Positions 1-15,661 are shown, counted from the first letter of the stretch. The stretch: DNA of 64,000 nt from the human T2T-CHM13v2.0 reference genome, Homo sapiens (GCA_009914755.4 CP086569.2:13792001-13856000), one strand, 5' to 3'. The notes: generated from the letters alone by a model not told the origin. A program made the numbers and translations.

Positions 1-2600
<2,600 letters not shown>

Positions 2601-2851
2601 ACCTAACAATTTTTAAAAATTTATTAGTGTCTTAAATTATGTAGAAAACAAAACGTAAACTTACTAGCAAAAGTTACAAAAATACTAGCACTTATTCTTA
2701 CAATTGCTTTTTAAAAAATGTAAAATATAAATTAAAAATGGAGTTACATATGGTTGTTGCAATAATACTAGCTGTTATAATTAGACATGTATTTACCTTT
2801 AATGAGCTCTTTACTTCTTCATAAGGCTTCAAGTTGTTGTCTAGCATCCTT

Positions 2852-3137
2852 TCTTTTTACTCTGCCTGACTCCCATGTCACCCAGACTGTTGTGCAGTGG
2901 CACAATCATGTCTCATGGCAACCTTGACCTCCCAGGCTCAAGTAATCCTCCCACTTCAGCATCCTGAGTAGCTGGGACTACAGGGGCATGCCACCATGCC
3001 TGGCTAATTTTTTTCTATTTTGTAGAAACAGGATTTCACTGCATTGCCAGGGCTAGTCTCAAACCCCTGGACTCAAATGATCCACCTGCCTCATATTCCC
3101 AAAGTGCCAGCACTACAGGTGTGAGCCACAATGCCCA
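2852..3137 (-). mobile_element. Alu
   Basis: cacccagactgttgtgcagtggcac ... ggtgtgagccacaatgccc. Confidence 0.85.
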
Positions 3138-4120
3138 ATCTCCTTCTCACTTTTAGAGGACAGTTTTCCAAACAAGGGCTTCTTGGTTGACATTGTCTTT
3201 CTTTTAGCACTTTGAATATTTAAATCCACTGCCTTCTCGCCTCCAAAATTTCTGATCAGAAATCTGCTAATAATCTTACTGAAGATCACTTCTGCGTGAT
3301 GAATCACTTCTCTCTTGCTGCCTCCAAGGTTCTTTTTTTTGTCTTTGAGTTTCAAATTTGATTGTAATGTGTTTTGGTGAAGTTTTCTTTAAATTAATCT
3401 TTTTTGAAATGTTTGAGTTCCTTGGATATTTATACTCGTGTTTCTCATGAAATTTAGGAAGTTTTCAATCATTATTTCTTCAAGTATTCATTCAGTTTCC
3501 TTTTCTATCCCTTCTTTTTTTGGACACTCTCACAATATTTATGTTTTTATGCTTGATTTGCATCCCTTAGGCCCTGTTCACTTTTCTTAACTCTTTTGTC
3601 TTTACTACAATAAAATATTGGAAAAAACTAACAGCAAGAAATTGAATTATCATTATAACAGACACTTGAGGCTTGTAACTTGATAATGCTTTTTTGTCTC
3701 CCACCAAATGAGTAACCCATTTCCCATTTTGTCAGTTCTGTGTGACATGCTTGCTCATATTCTCATCCTTCTTCTACCTATTGCATTTTCACCTGAGATA
3801 TCAAGCTAAGTCCTAGCCTTAGCTTCTCTCTGCCCTAATTAACCCTGTATACAACACTGACAGATAATCTAAATGCAGCATTTCCTCCTGTCAGTCCTTT
3901 GCTCAGAATTCTTCACATACTTCTCACTGCTTACAATATTAAGTTCTTACACACTATACTACATTGTAAGCATGAGCCGAACATTCCAAGTTTTGTTTTC
4001 CACTAGTTTTTTAGACATTCTTCCAAGTAAAACATTGAAAGTGTCTTCATTAGGTCAAGGGTTCAATGTCTTGTCTACCACATTATATTTCCAGCCCCTA
4101 GGAATGTGTTGTGGATTCTC

Positions 4121-4312
4121 CATTTCCTTCTTTCTTTCCTTCCTTCCTCCCTCCCTCCTTCCCTTCCTTCCCTCCCTCCCTCTCTTTCTCCCTGTCTCCT
4201 TCCCTTTTTTCCCTCATTCCCTCCCTTTCTTTCTCCCTCCTTTCTTCCCTTCCTTCCTTCCTTCTTTCCTTTTTCTCTCCTTTCTTTCTTTCTGTCTCTC
4301 TTTCTCTCTTCC
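4121..4312. repeat. (TTCC/CTCC/CTTT)n polypyrimidine simple repeat, fused to the tail side of the antisense Alu at 4313-4590
   Basis: ccttccttcctccctccctccttcccttcc... These produce the long low-complexity ORFs in the track (3873..4367 and the antisense ORFs). Confidence 0.9.
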
Positions 4313-4590
4313 TTTTGACACAGTCCTGCTGTGTTGCCAAGGCTGGAGTGCAGTAATGGAATCATAGTTCATTGTAGCCTCAAATTCCTGAGCTTAAGGG
4401 ATGCTGCAGTCTCAGCCTCCTGAGTAGCTGAGACTTCAGGTGTGTGTCAACAAGCCCTGCTAATTTTCTTTTGTTTTTCTTTTAAGAAATGGAACTTGCT
4501 ACGTTGATCTAAAACTTCTGGCCTTAAGCAATCCTTTCACCTCAGTCTTCTGAGTTGCTGGGCTTACAGGTCAGAGCCACAGGACCCAGG
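4313..4590 (-). mobile_element. Alu (old, diverged)
   Basis: ctgctgtgttgccaaggctggagtgcagtaatgg ... cagagccacaggacccagg. Confidence 0.8.
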
Positions 4591-4611
4591 TGTGTTGTGG
4601 ATTTTTAATGA

Positions 4612-4965
<354 letters not shown>

Positions 4966-5659
4966 GGCCATTGTTTTCAAAACTAACTGTTTCCAAAATG
5001 CCTTCACCATTCTTGTCAAATTTCTGCACATCTCAGTGTCTTCTCCTTCCTCTCCACTGCCACCATTTTAAAACTAATCTTTCTCATTCTCCTTGATAAC
5101 CTGAATCCTTCTGGTGTTTTTAGGTTTGACTAAAATCTTAACAACTGTAAAGACTTTTCTAGCTTCCCAGTGAATTGATATATCCTCCTCCTTTGAAAAG
5201 CTGTAATTTCTACTATACATTTCTTACATTTACAAAGGTAAATAAGATGCAGGTTTCACTATAAAACTGTTTGCAGTCTAGATGACATTTACCACATATA
5301 TCCTCATATTATTTTAAGTATTATTTTTGCTTATACATCTTGTTTTTTCAGTTTTATGATGGAAAAGCAATTTTTAAACTTATTGGTTTCTCCTCTACCA
5401 TAATGTTTATAAAAATCTTTTTGTTGCTTGCAACAGTAATCTGAATTAATTTTCTACCACAAAGATAAACAAATTTCTCATTATGTCATGAAATAGTTCT
5501 CATTATCTTTATTGTATAAAGGGGAAAGCTGAAGAAGGAATGGTGCAATAAATTGTTGCAGACTATTAGTGAATCATTGATGCTTTTCTTCATACAAATG
5601 TACTTTATTTTTAATTTTACTTAAAATGTAGATTGGTTTGGAAATAAAGATAGATATAA

Positions 5660-6010
5660 TTTTTTTTTCTTTTTTTAAATTATATTTTAAGTTCTGGGAT
5701 ACATGTGCAGAACACACAGGTTTGTTACACAGGTATACATGTGCTATGGTCTTTTGCTGCACCCATCAACCTGTCATCTACATTAGGTATTTCTCCTAAT
5801 GCTCTCCCTCCCCTGCCCCCACACTCTGACAGTCCCCAGTGTGGGATGTTCCCCTCTATGGGTCCATGTGTTCTCATTGTTCAAATCCCACTTATGAGTG
5901 AGAACATGCAGTGTTTGGTTTCATGTTTCTGTGTTAGTTTGCTGAGAATGATGATTTCCAGCTTCATACATGAAAGACAGACATAATTTTATGGTGCCAT
6001 GTTTACATAT
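5660..6010 (-). mobile_element. L1 3'-end fragment (antisense), with a poly-T at its left edge
   Basis: taagttctgggatacatgtgcagaacacacaggtttgttacacaggtatacatgtgc ... gtgagaacatgcagtgtttggtttcatgtttctgtgttagtttgctgagaatgatgatttccagcttcatacatg. Confidence 0.85.
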
Positions 6011-6407
6011 CACTCTTAGGTGCTGTGATAAAATTATGTCTTATTATTACTTACATTCAAATTTTATCAAAATTACTAAAAAGTTACATTTTTTAAACAC
6101 TTCTTGTTGTATTATAGATTAAGTTGTGTGAAAAAATTGATTTGAAATATTTTAAGAAAGGAGTACCAATTTGTGAATGGCAATATTTTCCCTTTTCTAA
6201 AGCAATTATTACAAGAAACAAAGCTCTGCTTACTTTTTCTATTTATAGCATAAAGTAACACATAAGTAAACATTATTTAAATTAAGGTTTATAGAAACAA
6301 ACTTTCATTTAGTCTGCAAGTATTACAATCTGTCCAACCTAATACAGAAGAGAATGCAAATGAATGGACTGTTAATTATATTGAACCAACAAGTTGGGTG
6401 AAAGTTA

Positions 6408-6657
6408 TTATTTTTTTTTTTTTTGAGACGGAGTCTCGCTCTGTCGCCCAGGCTGGAATAGGGTAGCGCGATCTCGGCTCACTGCAAACTCCGTCTCCCG
6501 GGTTCACGCCATTCTCCTGCCTCAGCCTCCGGAGTAGCTGGGACCACAGGCGCCTGCCACCGCGCCCGGCTAATTTTTTTGTATTTTTAGTAGAGATGGG
6601 GTTTCACCGTGGTCTCATCTCCTGATCTCGTGATCCGCCCGCCTCGGCCTCCCAAAG
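6408..6657 (-). mobile_element. Alu (CpG-rich, AluY-like), 5'-truncated with an internal deletion
   Basis: tttttttttttgagacggagtctcgctctgtcgcccaggctgg ... ctcggcctcccaaagt. Confidence 0.9.
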
Positions 6658-7344
6658 TAAAAATAGTTTCCGCTCTCAGTCAATATGTAACTGGCAGAAA
6701 CAGTTGTGTACTATTACACATAATTTGAGACAGGTTAGCCTGTGCGCTATAAAGGACATATAAAATGGATTTCAAGAATTTATTGTTTCACCTCCAGCAT
6801 GTAAAAAGCTTGGAAGTTGTCACTCCATCCTTTCAACAAGGAAAACGCCCCCAAAACCTGAAAATAAATGACTGTTCTCAATTTAGAAAACTAAGGTTGC
6901 AGGGCCAACTGTGATCCTAAAATCTGGAGCAATAGGCAAATGCAGGAAAATGTGACTGAGTTTAGTTTACTTCAAGCAGAAGCTACTGGAGCTATAAAAT
7001 TGTAGAAACAATTAAATAAAAATTTTAATGAATTTTTGGAGAGTATGTCTAGACTAGCTTAAGAGTGGGAAACCTCCTGGAACTGTTGTCTTACAGTGAA
7101 TGGGGTGGGGGAAAGTGGCTTTAATTTCATGGATTTTGGCCACAGAAATCCCATCAACTTTTAAAATTTAATAGCCCAGAAAAATGACCTCTTGATTTTG
7201 TCAAGAAAAATGGAAAAATACCCAGTACATTTTCCATCACAGAGATCTACTGTCTTGTGAAAAAACTAACAGAAACTTATTCTACTTAGGCAGAGGGCAA
7301 TTACCAAAATCCAGTAGCCTTTAGTTTTCCTGTTTGGGTTTTTG

Positions 7345-7632
7345 AGTCATGGAATTTCTCTGTCACCCAGGCTGGAGTGCAGTGATGTGATCATATAACT
7401 CACTGCAGCCTTGACCTCCTGGTTTCAAGTGACCTTCCTGCCTTAGCCTCCTGAGTAGCTGGGACTACAGGTGCATGACATCATGACTGGTTAGTGGTTT
7501 TATTTGTTTTGTTTTTGTTTTTTTGTTTTTACTTTTTTTTTTCCTGAGAGACAGGGTCTGCTAGGAAGGCTAGTCTCAAAACTCCTCAGCTTCCCAAAGT
7601 GACAGGGATTACAGGCCTGAGCCACCATGCTG
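7345..7632 (-). mobile_element. Alu (old)
   Basis: tctctgtcacccaggctggagtgcagtgatgtgatc ... gattacaggcctgagccaccatgctg. Confidence 0.85.
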
Positions 7633-7852
7633 AATCATCCTTTAGCTGTTCTGTTTTATCTAAAGATGGAGAAAGAAAGAAAAGGAAAAATCAGCACTTG
7701 TATCCTCTAATTAAGAAGGAGCTACTGGGGAAATGCAAATATAAAAGGGCATAGAAAAACAGGATGCCAGAGGAAGCTCCTGATACCTAGAGCTACAGTA
7801 AACATTAAACATAGCCCAATCCTTACCCAGTTTAACATAAAACCTTACACTT

Positions 7853-8387
7853 GGCCCAGGTTTGGGCCTCAGTACTTTTAGAGGCTGAGTGAGGCAGATT
7901 GCTTGAGGCCAAGAGTTTGAGACCAGCCTGGCCAACATGCCGAAATCCCATCTCTACTAAAAATACAAAAAATTAGCCAGGCATGGTGGCGTGCACCTGT
8001 AGTCCCAGCTACTTGGGAGGCTAAGGCAGGAGAATAGCTTGATCTTAACACTTTGATCATGGATCAGAGTGCTGCAATGAACCGAGATTGTGCTGTTGGA
8101 CTCCAGCCTGGGCGATGGCAAGACTCCGTCTCAAAAAAAAAAAAATTCTTGTCTTTAAGTACATTGACTATGGATCTACCAAGATACCTCTCCATTTTAA
8201 GGTCCTTAATCTAATCACACACGCAAAATTCTTTTAACACTGTAAGGTTAAACTCTCCCAGCTACCTGAGAGACTGAGGAGGGAAACTGCTTGAACCTGG
8301 GAGGTGGAGGTGGCAGTGAGCTAAGGTTGCATGACTGCACTCCAGCCTGGGCAACAGATCAAGACTCTGTCTCAAAAACAAAACCAA
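7853..8387 (+). mobile_element. Composite retro-insertion: full Alu (7853-8145) + ~110 bp non-Alu + Alu right-arm fragment (8256-8386). It is flanked by the 16-bp direct repeat ataaaaccttacactt (7837-7852 and 8388-8403).
   Basis: Direct reading of both flanks and the internal structure. Confidence 0.75.
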
Positions 8388-9399
8388 ATAAAACCTTACA
8401 CTTAAATGTCTAATTAACTCAGAACTTATCATCACATATAACATGTTTGGCTTTCAACCAAAAATTACAAAGCATGACAAGAAGCAAGAAAATACAGTCT
8501 GAGGAGACCAAGTAAGCATTAAAACTAGACTTAGATAAAACTCAAGATTTTTGGAACTATGAGACCTGGAATTTAAAATAAGAGTAATTAATATGTTACG
8601 AGACAGAACCTTCCCTTCATTAGGGGGCCTGGCCCAGGCACAACTATTATATGTTTTTTTTCCATGATCCCTCCATCTGCGGGACCTGGGGACCATACCA
8701 TTCATGCAAAATTAAGTAATTAAAGGGGAAGAGCCATAGGTGACTAGGATGTTGTACAGATAACAGTAACTATTCCTGTTGACTAACTCTTCCAAATCCA
8801 TGAGTGAAGGTCATGCGTGCATCCATGGGTGGCACCTGTAATGGTCGCCAGGACCCAGAGGCTGGGTGGAAAGGGGTGAAGGGGGATGCCATTTTGGCCT
8901 TTTCTCTCCACCCTGGGTCACTCCAAAAAGAAGGAAACTAATGAATGCCTTCTCCTTCTCTTTTCTAAATGTGTAACAAATCCTCTTCAGCCTGCACTCC
9001 TCTCACATGCATCCTGAGACACTGGGACTCCTTTGACTCTCACACCCTGAAGAAAAAGTAACTCATATTCTTTGTATAAGGGCATCGCCTTCTTACCAGT
9101 GCCAGGGTGGAATAGCCCAGCCTCTTTAGGGAAGTGTTAATTTTAATACTATCCAACAATTAGACCTGCTGTTTACCCACGCATTTTAAATTATGCCTGA
9201 AAGTCCCACTCCTTTGCTAGGCAGGGATATTTTTGTTTCTATGGGAGCCACCATCCTAATGGCTCCAGAATAAACTCTTTGCCTTCCCTTAATGGAAACC
9301 AATATTAACCCAGATGTATGGGCAATTCAGGGAAAGGCTGGCCAGGCTACAACAGTTATACCAGTCCAGATTCACCTTAAGGATCCCACTTCTTTTCCT

Positions 9400-11210
9400 A
9401 TCCAGAAGTAATGTCCCTAAAGCCAGAAGCTAGAAAATTGCTGGAAGCCATCACTGATCATCTAAAAGTGCAAGGCCTCCTTATGCCCTGCAGCAGCCCT
9501 TGTGACACCCCAATGTGAGGGGTATAGAAAACCACACTGGGAATGGAGGCTTGTTCAGGACCTCTGTCTCATTAACCAATTCATCCAGTGGTTCATAATC
9601 CTTATACATTGCTAATTCAAATTCCTGAGGGAACAAAATTTTTCACAGTACTAAACTTGAAAGATGCCTTTTTCTGCATACCATTGTACCCTGACTCCCA
9701 ATACTTGTTTGTCTTCAAGGACCACCCCTCACAGACCACCCAGTTAACCGTGATGTTGCTGCCTCAGAGATTCTGAGGCAGCCCTCACTTGTTTGATTGT
9801 GCACTGTCATGAGACATCTCTGAGTTCTCTCATTCTTAAGTTAAAATTTTACAATGTGCTGATGACATTCTCCTTTTGCCTCAACTGAGGGGGCTTCTCA
9901 GGAAGGCACTTCACCTCTTCTTAATTTTCCAGCTGACAGAGGGTATAAAGTTTCAAAATCTAAGGCCCAGCTTTGTCAAACCTCAGTGAAATACCTAGGC
10001 TTTGTCTAGTCAGAGGGAATAAGAATGTTGGGTGAAGACAGGATTAAGCCCATTCCTTCTTTCCCCCTTCCCAAAACTCTCAAACAGCTAAGGGGATTTT
10101 TGGGTAATACAGGCTTTTTCAGATTGTGGATACCTGGGTATGGCAAAAATAGCTCACCATTTATATCACCTTATAAAAAAAACTCAAGCAGTTAAACTCA
10201 TTCTTTGACCTGGGAACCTGAAGCCCAAAAAGCCTTTAACTATCTAAAGCAAGCTTTGCTTAAAGCACCTGTCCTATGTCTTCCCACAGGAAACACACTC
10301 AATCTTTATGTCTCAGAAAGAAAAAGACTAGCCTTGGAAGTTTTAACTCAGGCCTGAGGTCCAGCCCAGCAGCCAGTTGGTTACCAAGCAAGGAGCTTGA
10401 CCTGGTGGCTAAAGGATGGCCAGCCTGCCTCTGAGCAGTTGCTGTGGGCGCTTTGTGCCAGAAGCCATCAAGTTAACCATGGGGAATAATTTGACTGTTT
10501 ACACTCCACATAATATAGCAGGACTGATTATCTTTTAAAGAGAGTCTCTGACTAATAGACAAATTGCCTCCTCAAATATCAAGCTTTGCTGCTAGAAGGA
10601 TCTGCCGTCCAGTTAAATAACTGACCTTGCCTAAACCCTGCCACCTTCCTCCCAGAGGAAACTAAAGAACCTGAACATGATTGTAAACAGATAGTGGTGC
10701 ACACCTATGCAGTCAGAGAGAACCTCGGAGAAAGTCCCCTAGAAAACTCAGACTGGACTCTCTTTACAGACTGAAGTTCCTTTGCAGAACATGGCAGTGT
10801 ATGCAGTAGTCACCTAGGATGACATTGTTGAAAGCATGCGTCTCTCACCGAGCACCAGTTCTCAACTAGCTGAGCTAGTCACTCTCACAAAATACTTGAA
10901 TTAAGCCCTTAAGGAAAGTCAGTTAACATTTATACTGATTCTAAGTATGCTTTCCTGGGTCTTCATGCCCATGGTGCTATCTGGAAGAAAAAACACTTTC
11001 TCATGGCCAATGGATGTCCCAGTAAATACCTTAAGGAAATAGGTAGACTGTTATCTTCAGTTTTCTTTCCATGGGAAGTGACAGTTATACATTGCAGAGG
11101 ACACCAGAAGGGGATTGATGACATGGCCAAGGGACAAAGACTAGCAGATCAAGCAGCCAAATCAGTGGCAAAAAGACCAAGAGGTCTGACACACTTGACA
11201 CCCCTCTAAT
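9400..11210 (+). pseudogene. ERV pol (RT-RNase H) remnant
   Basis: See the motifs in the ERV internal-region entry above; interrupted by stop codons. Confidence 0.7.
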
Positions 11211-11298
11211 CTGGGATAGCTCCATAAGAAAAATAAGACCTCAGTATTCTCCTGCAAAGATAGAATGGGCCACCTTTCAAGGACACACTTTTTAGCCC

Positions 11299-11475
11299 TA
11301 AAAATACAAAAAATTAGCCAGGCGTGGTGGTGGGCACCTGTAGTCCCAGCTACTCGGGAGGCTGAGGCAGAGAATGGCGTGAACCCGGGAGGAGGCAGAG
11401 CTTGCAGTGAGCCGAGATTGCGCCACTGCACTCTAGCCTAGGTGACAGAGCCAGACTCCATCTTAAAAAAAAAAA
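11299..11475 (+). mobile_element. Alu right-monomer fragment with poly-A, inserted into the ERV pol/IN region
   Basis: aaaatacaaaaaattagccaggcgtggtggtgggcacctgtagtcccagctactcgggaggctgagg ... ccatcttaaaaaaaaaaa. Confidence 0.85.
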
Positions 11476-14184
11476 TCTCAATAGGCAGCTCCTCCCTCAA
11501 ACCCTGAATTCAATGGATAGGGAGTTACTGCGGGAAAACCGACAGATAGACTTAACTCATATACCAAAGTAAAAGGCATTAAATATCTTTTAGTATGGCT
11601 AGATACATTTACTAACAGGGTGGAGGCATTTCCATGCCAAACAGAAAAGTCCTGTGAGGTGATGAGCATGCTAATTAATGAGATAACTTGATTTGGACTC
11701 CACAAGTAACTCTAAAGTGACAATGGCCCCTCATTCAAGGCAGTTGTTACTCAGAGGTTCTAAGTAACAAAACCACTGGGGCATACAATACCATCTACAT
11801 TGGGCCTGGAGACCATAGACTTCAGGAAAAGTAGAAAAAACAAATAATGTCATTAAGAGGAACCTCAGAGAGCTGTCTCAAGAAACTCACCTCCCTTGGG
11901 TTACTCTTCTTCCCATGGCCTTATTACTGTGAGGAACATCCCTTCTAATTGGGTTTAAGCTCTTTTGAAATAATGTATGGTTGGCCTTTCCTTACCAATA
12001 ATTTCCTATTAAACCAGTAAACTTGTAAATTGGGTAAACATATAACCTCTGTGGCCCACTTCCAGCAAGAATTAAAACAACTATCAGAAGCCCAAACCCA
12101 AGAAATAGGACTACCTTTATTCAACCCAGAAGACTTGGTAGTGGTGAAGGCTCTCCCCTCTTCTTCCTCCCCATTAGACTCCAGGGACCTTACATCATCT
12201 TCCTTTCTACCCCCTTGGTGGTGAAGGTTGTGGGACTCAATTCTTGGATTCATCACACTCAAGTCCTGGAATGCAGGAGGAGCAACCCCTGACAGTCCAG
12301 AAGAACATCCTGGATATCAAGGTAAAGAACTTGGGAACTTCAAACCGGATTACAAAAGATAAGTAAGTGATTGAGGACTACCTGTCTTCACTCTCACCTT
12401 TACCACATTTAACATATTCTTTCAGCTATTTCCACTTTTCATTTTGAGATCCACTGTCAGGTATCGCAGCTTCTTTTTGATGCATATTTACAGAGAAACT
12501 TTAATTTTCTGTGAGACTAAATTTGTGACTCATAGATGCCCATAGAGAAATCCAATATTTTGAGAAATAGAAGTTCAGGTGGAAACCATCTACTACTTCA
12601 TAATTGCAGGAATTATCTTGTTTACTTTGCTTTTTGTGCTGGGGTTATACACTGTGGTACTTCCTGAGTGGACTATCAAACAGAAAGTCTCACTGCCGGA
12701 ATATTTTATTTAGTTATCCTCCTTATTGCAGGGACAGTAGTAACAGATAAGAGGCAAATGTGAAGACTTTATTCCTATCAGCCTGTTAGAGGCAGCGACG
12801 CTTCTCATCCTTTGGCCCCTACAATGTCAGCCATTGCCCATATATACAACTAATTGCATGGCTTGCCCTAAATGATTTGCTTATTTTAATAACACTAAAA
12901 CTAGGGGGCTTCATGATGATCCTGAACTCACCATCCTGGGGTTCCCTTTGATAGCTTTGCCCCTAAACATCAAGGACTTGTCAGATATAAATGGAACCTG
13001 GTATGCGAGCACCCCATACCAGTTAAAACTCCATGTGGGAAGACATATCTAAGACTCACATCCTTGTGAATCTTAGACCAGGCACACTTGACAGAATAAT
13101 AACAAACACCTCCCTCTGCATTAAAGCAGAGGAAAAGGACTATACCTGGGGGGATCTCAAATATTGCAACATTACATTTACAATCTCTAAAAATGAGGAG
13201 GTCTGGAGGGTAAAAAGAGGAGAAAGCTAACCTAAAACACAAGATAAATTGCTGCAAAACCCTTAAAATCCTATCCATACCTCCTAACTGGAATTCCAAA
13301 TCTGAGTGGAAGCCCCTGAATAACTCCTCTTACCACTATTATGTCACAATAATAAATAACACATGGTGCTTCTCAAACATGCCACCTCAGGGAATCCTGA
13401 ACCTCTGTATATTATTTGATACTATTAATGACCTAATAATGACTAATAATGACACATCTGTTCATGGACAGGAAATGTCTAGACTGAGAGCCACTGCAGG
13501 AAGAATCAGCTGAGTTACTGGCCAGGACATATTATGTCCATAATCTTCCAAAACTCCATCTGTCAGAAGGATCCTTTCCACCTAGTGTGTAAATGGCACC
13601 ATACATGACTATACTTTTTATGATTATCCCTATACCAAAGATGCTCCCATTAAATGTATGGGAAACCTCTTTATGAGGCCTGGGCAAAGACAAGCTGGAT
13701 CTATTACACATTATAACCTAGAACCCTCTTTTCAAGCAACAGAGCTTTATTTTCTTCTTGGTTCCTGGTTATACCTAATCCTCCCTAGGTACTGGATGGG
13801 AATATGCACTATAGTGGCAGTGGTCCCTGACCTATTATTTTTAAACTCCTCCAACATGGCAACATCATCTGGTGGAATTCCTAATCTGGCATTCTAGAAA
13901 GTGCCCTATCTTGGGCACAGCAAACAAACAGATCTATCATTTCCATGCCATTGTACGGAGATCTAACTGAGAGAGGACTGGGGAGGACATGCACAGGACA
14001 ATACTGAATTGAAAAGACCAGGAATGAGACATGTTAGAGCTAAAGGCCATTTTCATTTGCCAACATTCGTCTCCTTGAGAAATCAGGGCTTAATAGCTCT
14101 ATTATGATGTGGTGAGGGTGGAAGGCAACAGTAGAACCCATAGAGGCATAACAACAATCCATAAACTCTCTAGCCTCAGTGGTA

Positions 14185-14400
14185 ATGCAAAATAGGAGAG
14201 CCCTAGATGTTCTTACAGCTGAAGTAGGGGCACTTATGCACTCTTAAATAAAACATGTTGCTTTTGGATCAACACCTCTAATCAAGTGGAAGAAAATTTA
14301 CAGGTGCTTAAGAATCAAATCAGAATCATTGCCATATTAAGAGAGAATGAGTGGGCTTTAGTCTGAGTTGGCTACAATCCCCTCTTGAAGGATCTCAATC
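14185..14400 (+). pseudogene. ERV env transmembrane-subunit remnant (CKS17-like immunosuppressive domain), frameshifted
   Basis: QNRRALDVL / CCFWIN motif pair, typical of gamma-type TM. Confidence 0.7.
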
Positions 14401-14689
14401 TTCTTTTTGAACCTGATTAGCTCCTTTACTGGGATCTTTTTTTTTTTTTTAATGTCTTGCATTAATGTTTGGAGCCTGTATAGTCCATGCTGTAACCCAA
14501 TTGTTTCCTCTTGGCTGAGGCTATTAAACTCCAAATGGTGGTGCAAATGGAACCCCACATGGACATGCATTCTTCCAAGGACCCTTGGACCAGCCCCAGG
14601 AAAAGCCCTAGCTTTTATTCCCCACACAATGCCCCTCTCCAGCAGGAAGTAGCTAGAAAGACCATCGCCCAACTTCCCTAATAGCAGTT

Positions 14690-15340
14690 AGGGTCTCCAC
14701 TCCTGAGAGGGGAAATGAAGAAGAAAAGGAAGAATCAACTGGGTAAACTAAGACTAGTCATCAGAGAAGCTGCCTGCCTGAAAAATCACAGGTACTTGCA
14801 AAAATACAGCAGCCTGGGGTAAACTCAGGCTGCACCTGCACAGAGATAAGCAGACAAGGCAGGCAAGGTTCAGCATAGCAAACTTTTTGTTCTTTGAGTG
14901 ATTAGTGGGTTCTCAGGAAGAAGTTTCCTCTTCTTTTCAGGCATATACGTGGAGAGCTCTACAGGAACTTGCACTGGCAGGAGAAGGACTTAACTAAAAC
15001 AAACCCACAATTATATAAACAAGAAAAGCTGTGATTTGTGCTTACCTAAAGACATTTCACAGCTGAATAGATAGGGAGTTGTGCAGATGGCTTTATAGAT
15101 AAGACCGGTTATTCAAACAGCTACAGTGGTGAGAAGAGTTTCATATAAAAGCTTTTGCACTCAACAGTAAAACTGCAATCCACTTGGGATCACTTCTGCA
15201 CTGTGGAGAGCTTTCTACTTTTGCTTAGTAAACTTTCACTCCAACCTCACCCTTTGCATCCATGCTCCTTAATTTTCTCAGTTGTGAAACAAAAACCTAG
15301 GATAACATGCGAAACAATGATACCAGTAATTGGTTTCAGT
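14690..15340 (+). mobile_element. Putative 3' LTR of the class I ERV
   Basis: Purine-rich tract gagaggggaaatgaagaagaaaaggaag after env, then ~650 bp of non-coding sequence with tatataaac (about 15020) ending ...gtttca before the next Alu. No matching 5' LTR was found upstream, so boundaries are approximate. Confidence 0.4.
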
Positions 15341-15397
15341 TAAATAATGATAAATGGGCCAATTTTCTAAGAATTACTCAAGAACACTTAATATTAC

Positions 15398-15660
15398 AGC
15401 TGTAATCCCAGCACTCTGGGAGACAAAGGTTGGCGAATCACTTGAGCCCAGAGGTTCGAGATCACCCTGGTCGATATGGTGAAACCCCATCTCTACTAAA
15501 AATACAAAAACTAATTAGGCATGGTGGCGGGTGTCTGTAATCCCAGCTATTCAGGAGGTTGAGGTAGGAGAATCACTTGAACTCAGGAGGCAGAGGTTGC
15601 AGTGAGCCAAGATTGCTCCACTGCACTTCAGCTTGGGCAACAGAGCGAGACTCAGTCTCA
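15398..15660 (+). mobile_element. Alu (5'-truncated)
   Basis: ctgtaatcccagcactctgggagacaaaggttggcgaatcacttgagcccagaggttcgagatcaccc... Confidence 0.9.
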
Positions 15661-15661
15661 A

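Larger units (their letters stand above)
8404..14690 (+). mobile_element. Degenerate class I (gammaretrovirus-like) ERV internal region with pol and env remnants. The 5' boundary is uncertain and may extend to about 7640 across the composite Alu insertion.
   Basis: RT motifs LNLKDAFFCIPLYPDSQYLFVFK..LPQRF (9588-9776) and QCADDILLL (degenerate YVDDLLL, ~9850). RNase H-like EVTVIHCRGHQKGIDDMAKGQRLADQAAK (11003-11209). Integrase-like sequence 11480-11900. env TM immunosuppressive-domain-like MQNRRALDVLTAEVG..LLNKTCCFWINTSNQVEENLQVLKNQI (about 14185-14330). Multiple stops and frameshifts. Confidence 0.8.

Noticed and set aside
3873-4367. 164-aa ORF and overlapping antisense ORFs rich in S/L/P/F or K/E/R/G; similarly 51615..52133 (172 aa) and 51688..51900
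   Set aside because: They are translated entirely from (TTCC)n/(GGAA)n simple repeats and have no start or stop context. They are low-complexity artefacts.
8404-15340. Whether this ERV is one of the HERV15 blocks that mediate AZFa deletions
   Set aside because: The HERV15 proviruses flank the whole AZFa interval (proximal to USP9Y and distal to DDX3Y). This element lies between USP9Y and DDX3Y and lacks a 5' LTR. It cannot be confirmed without alignment, so the claim was not made.
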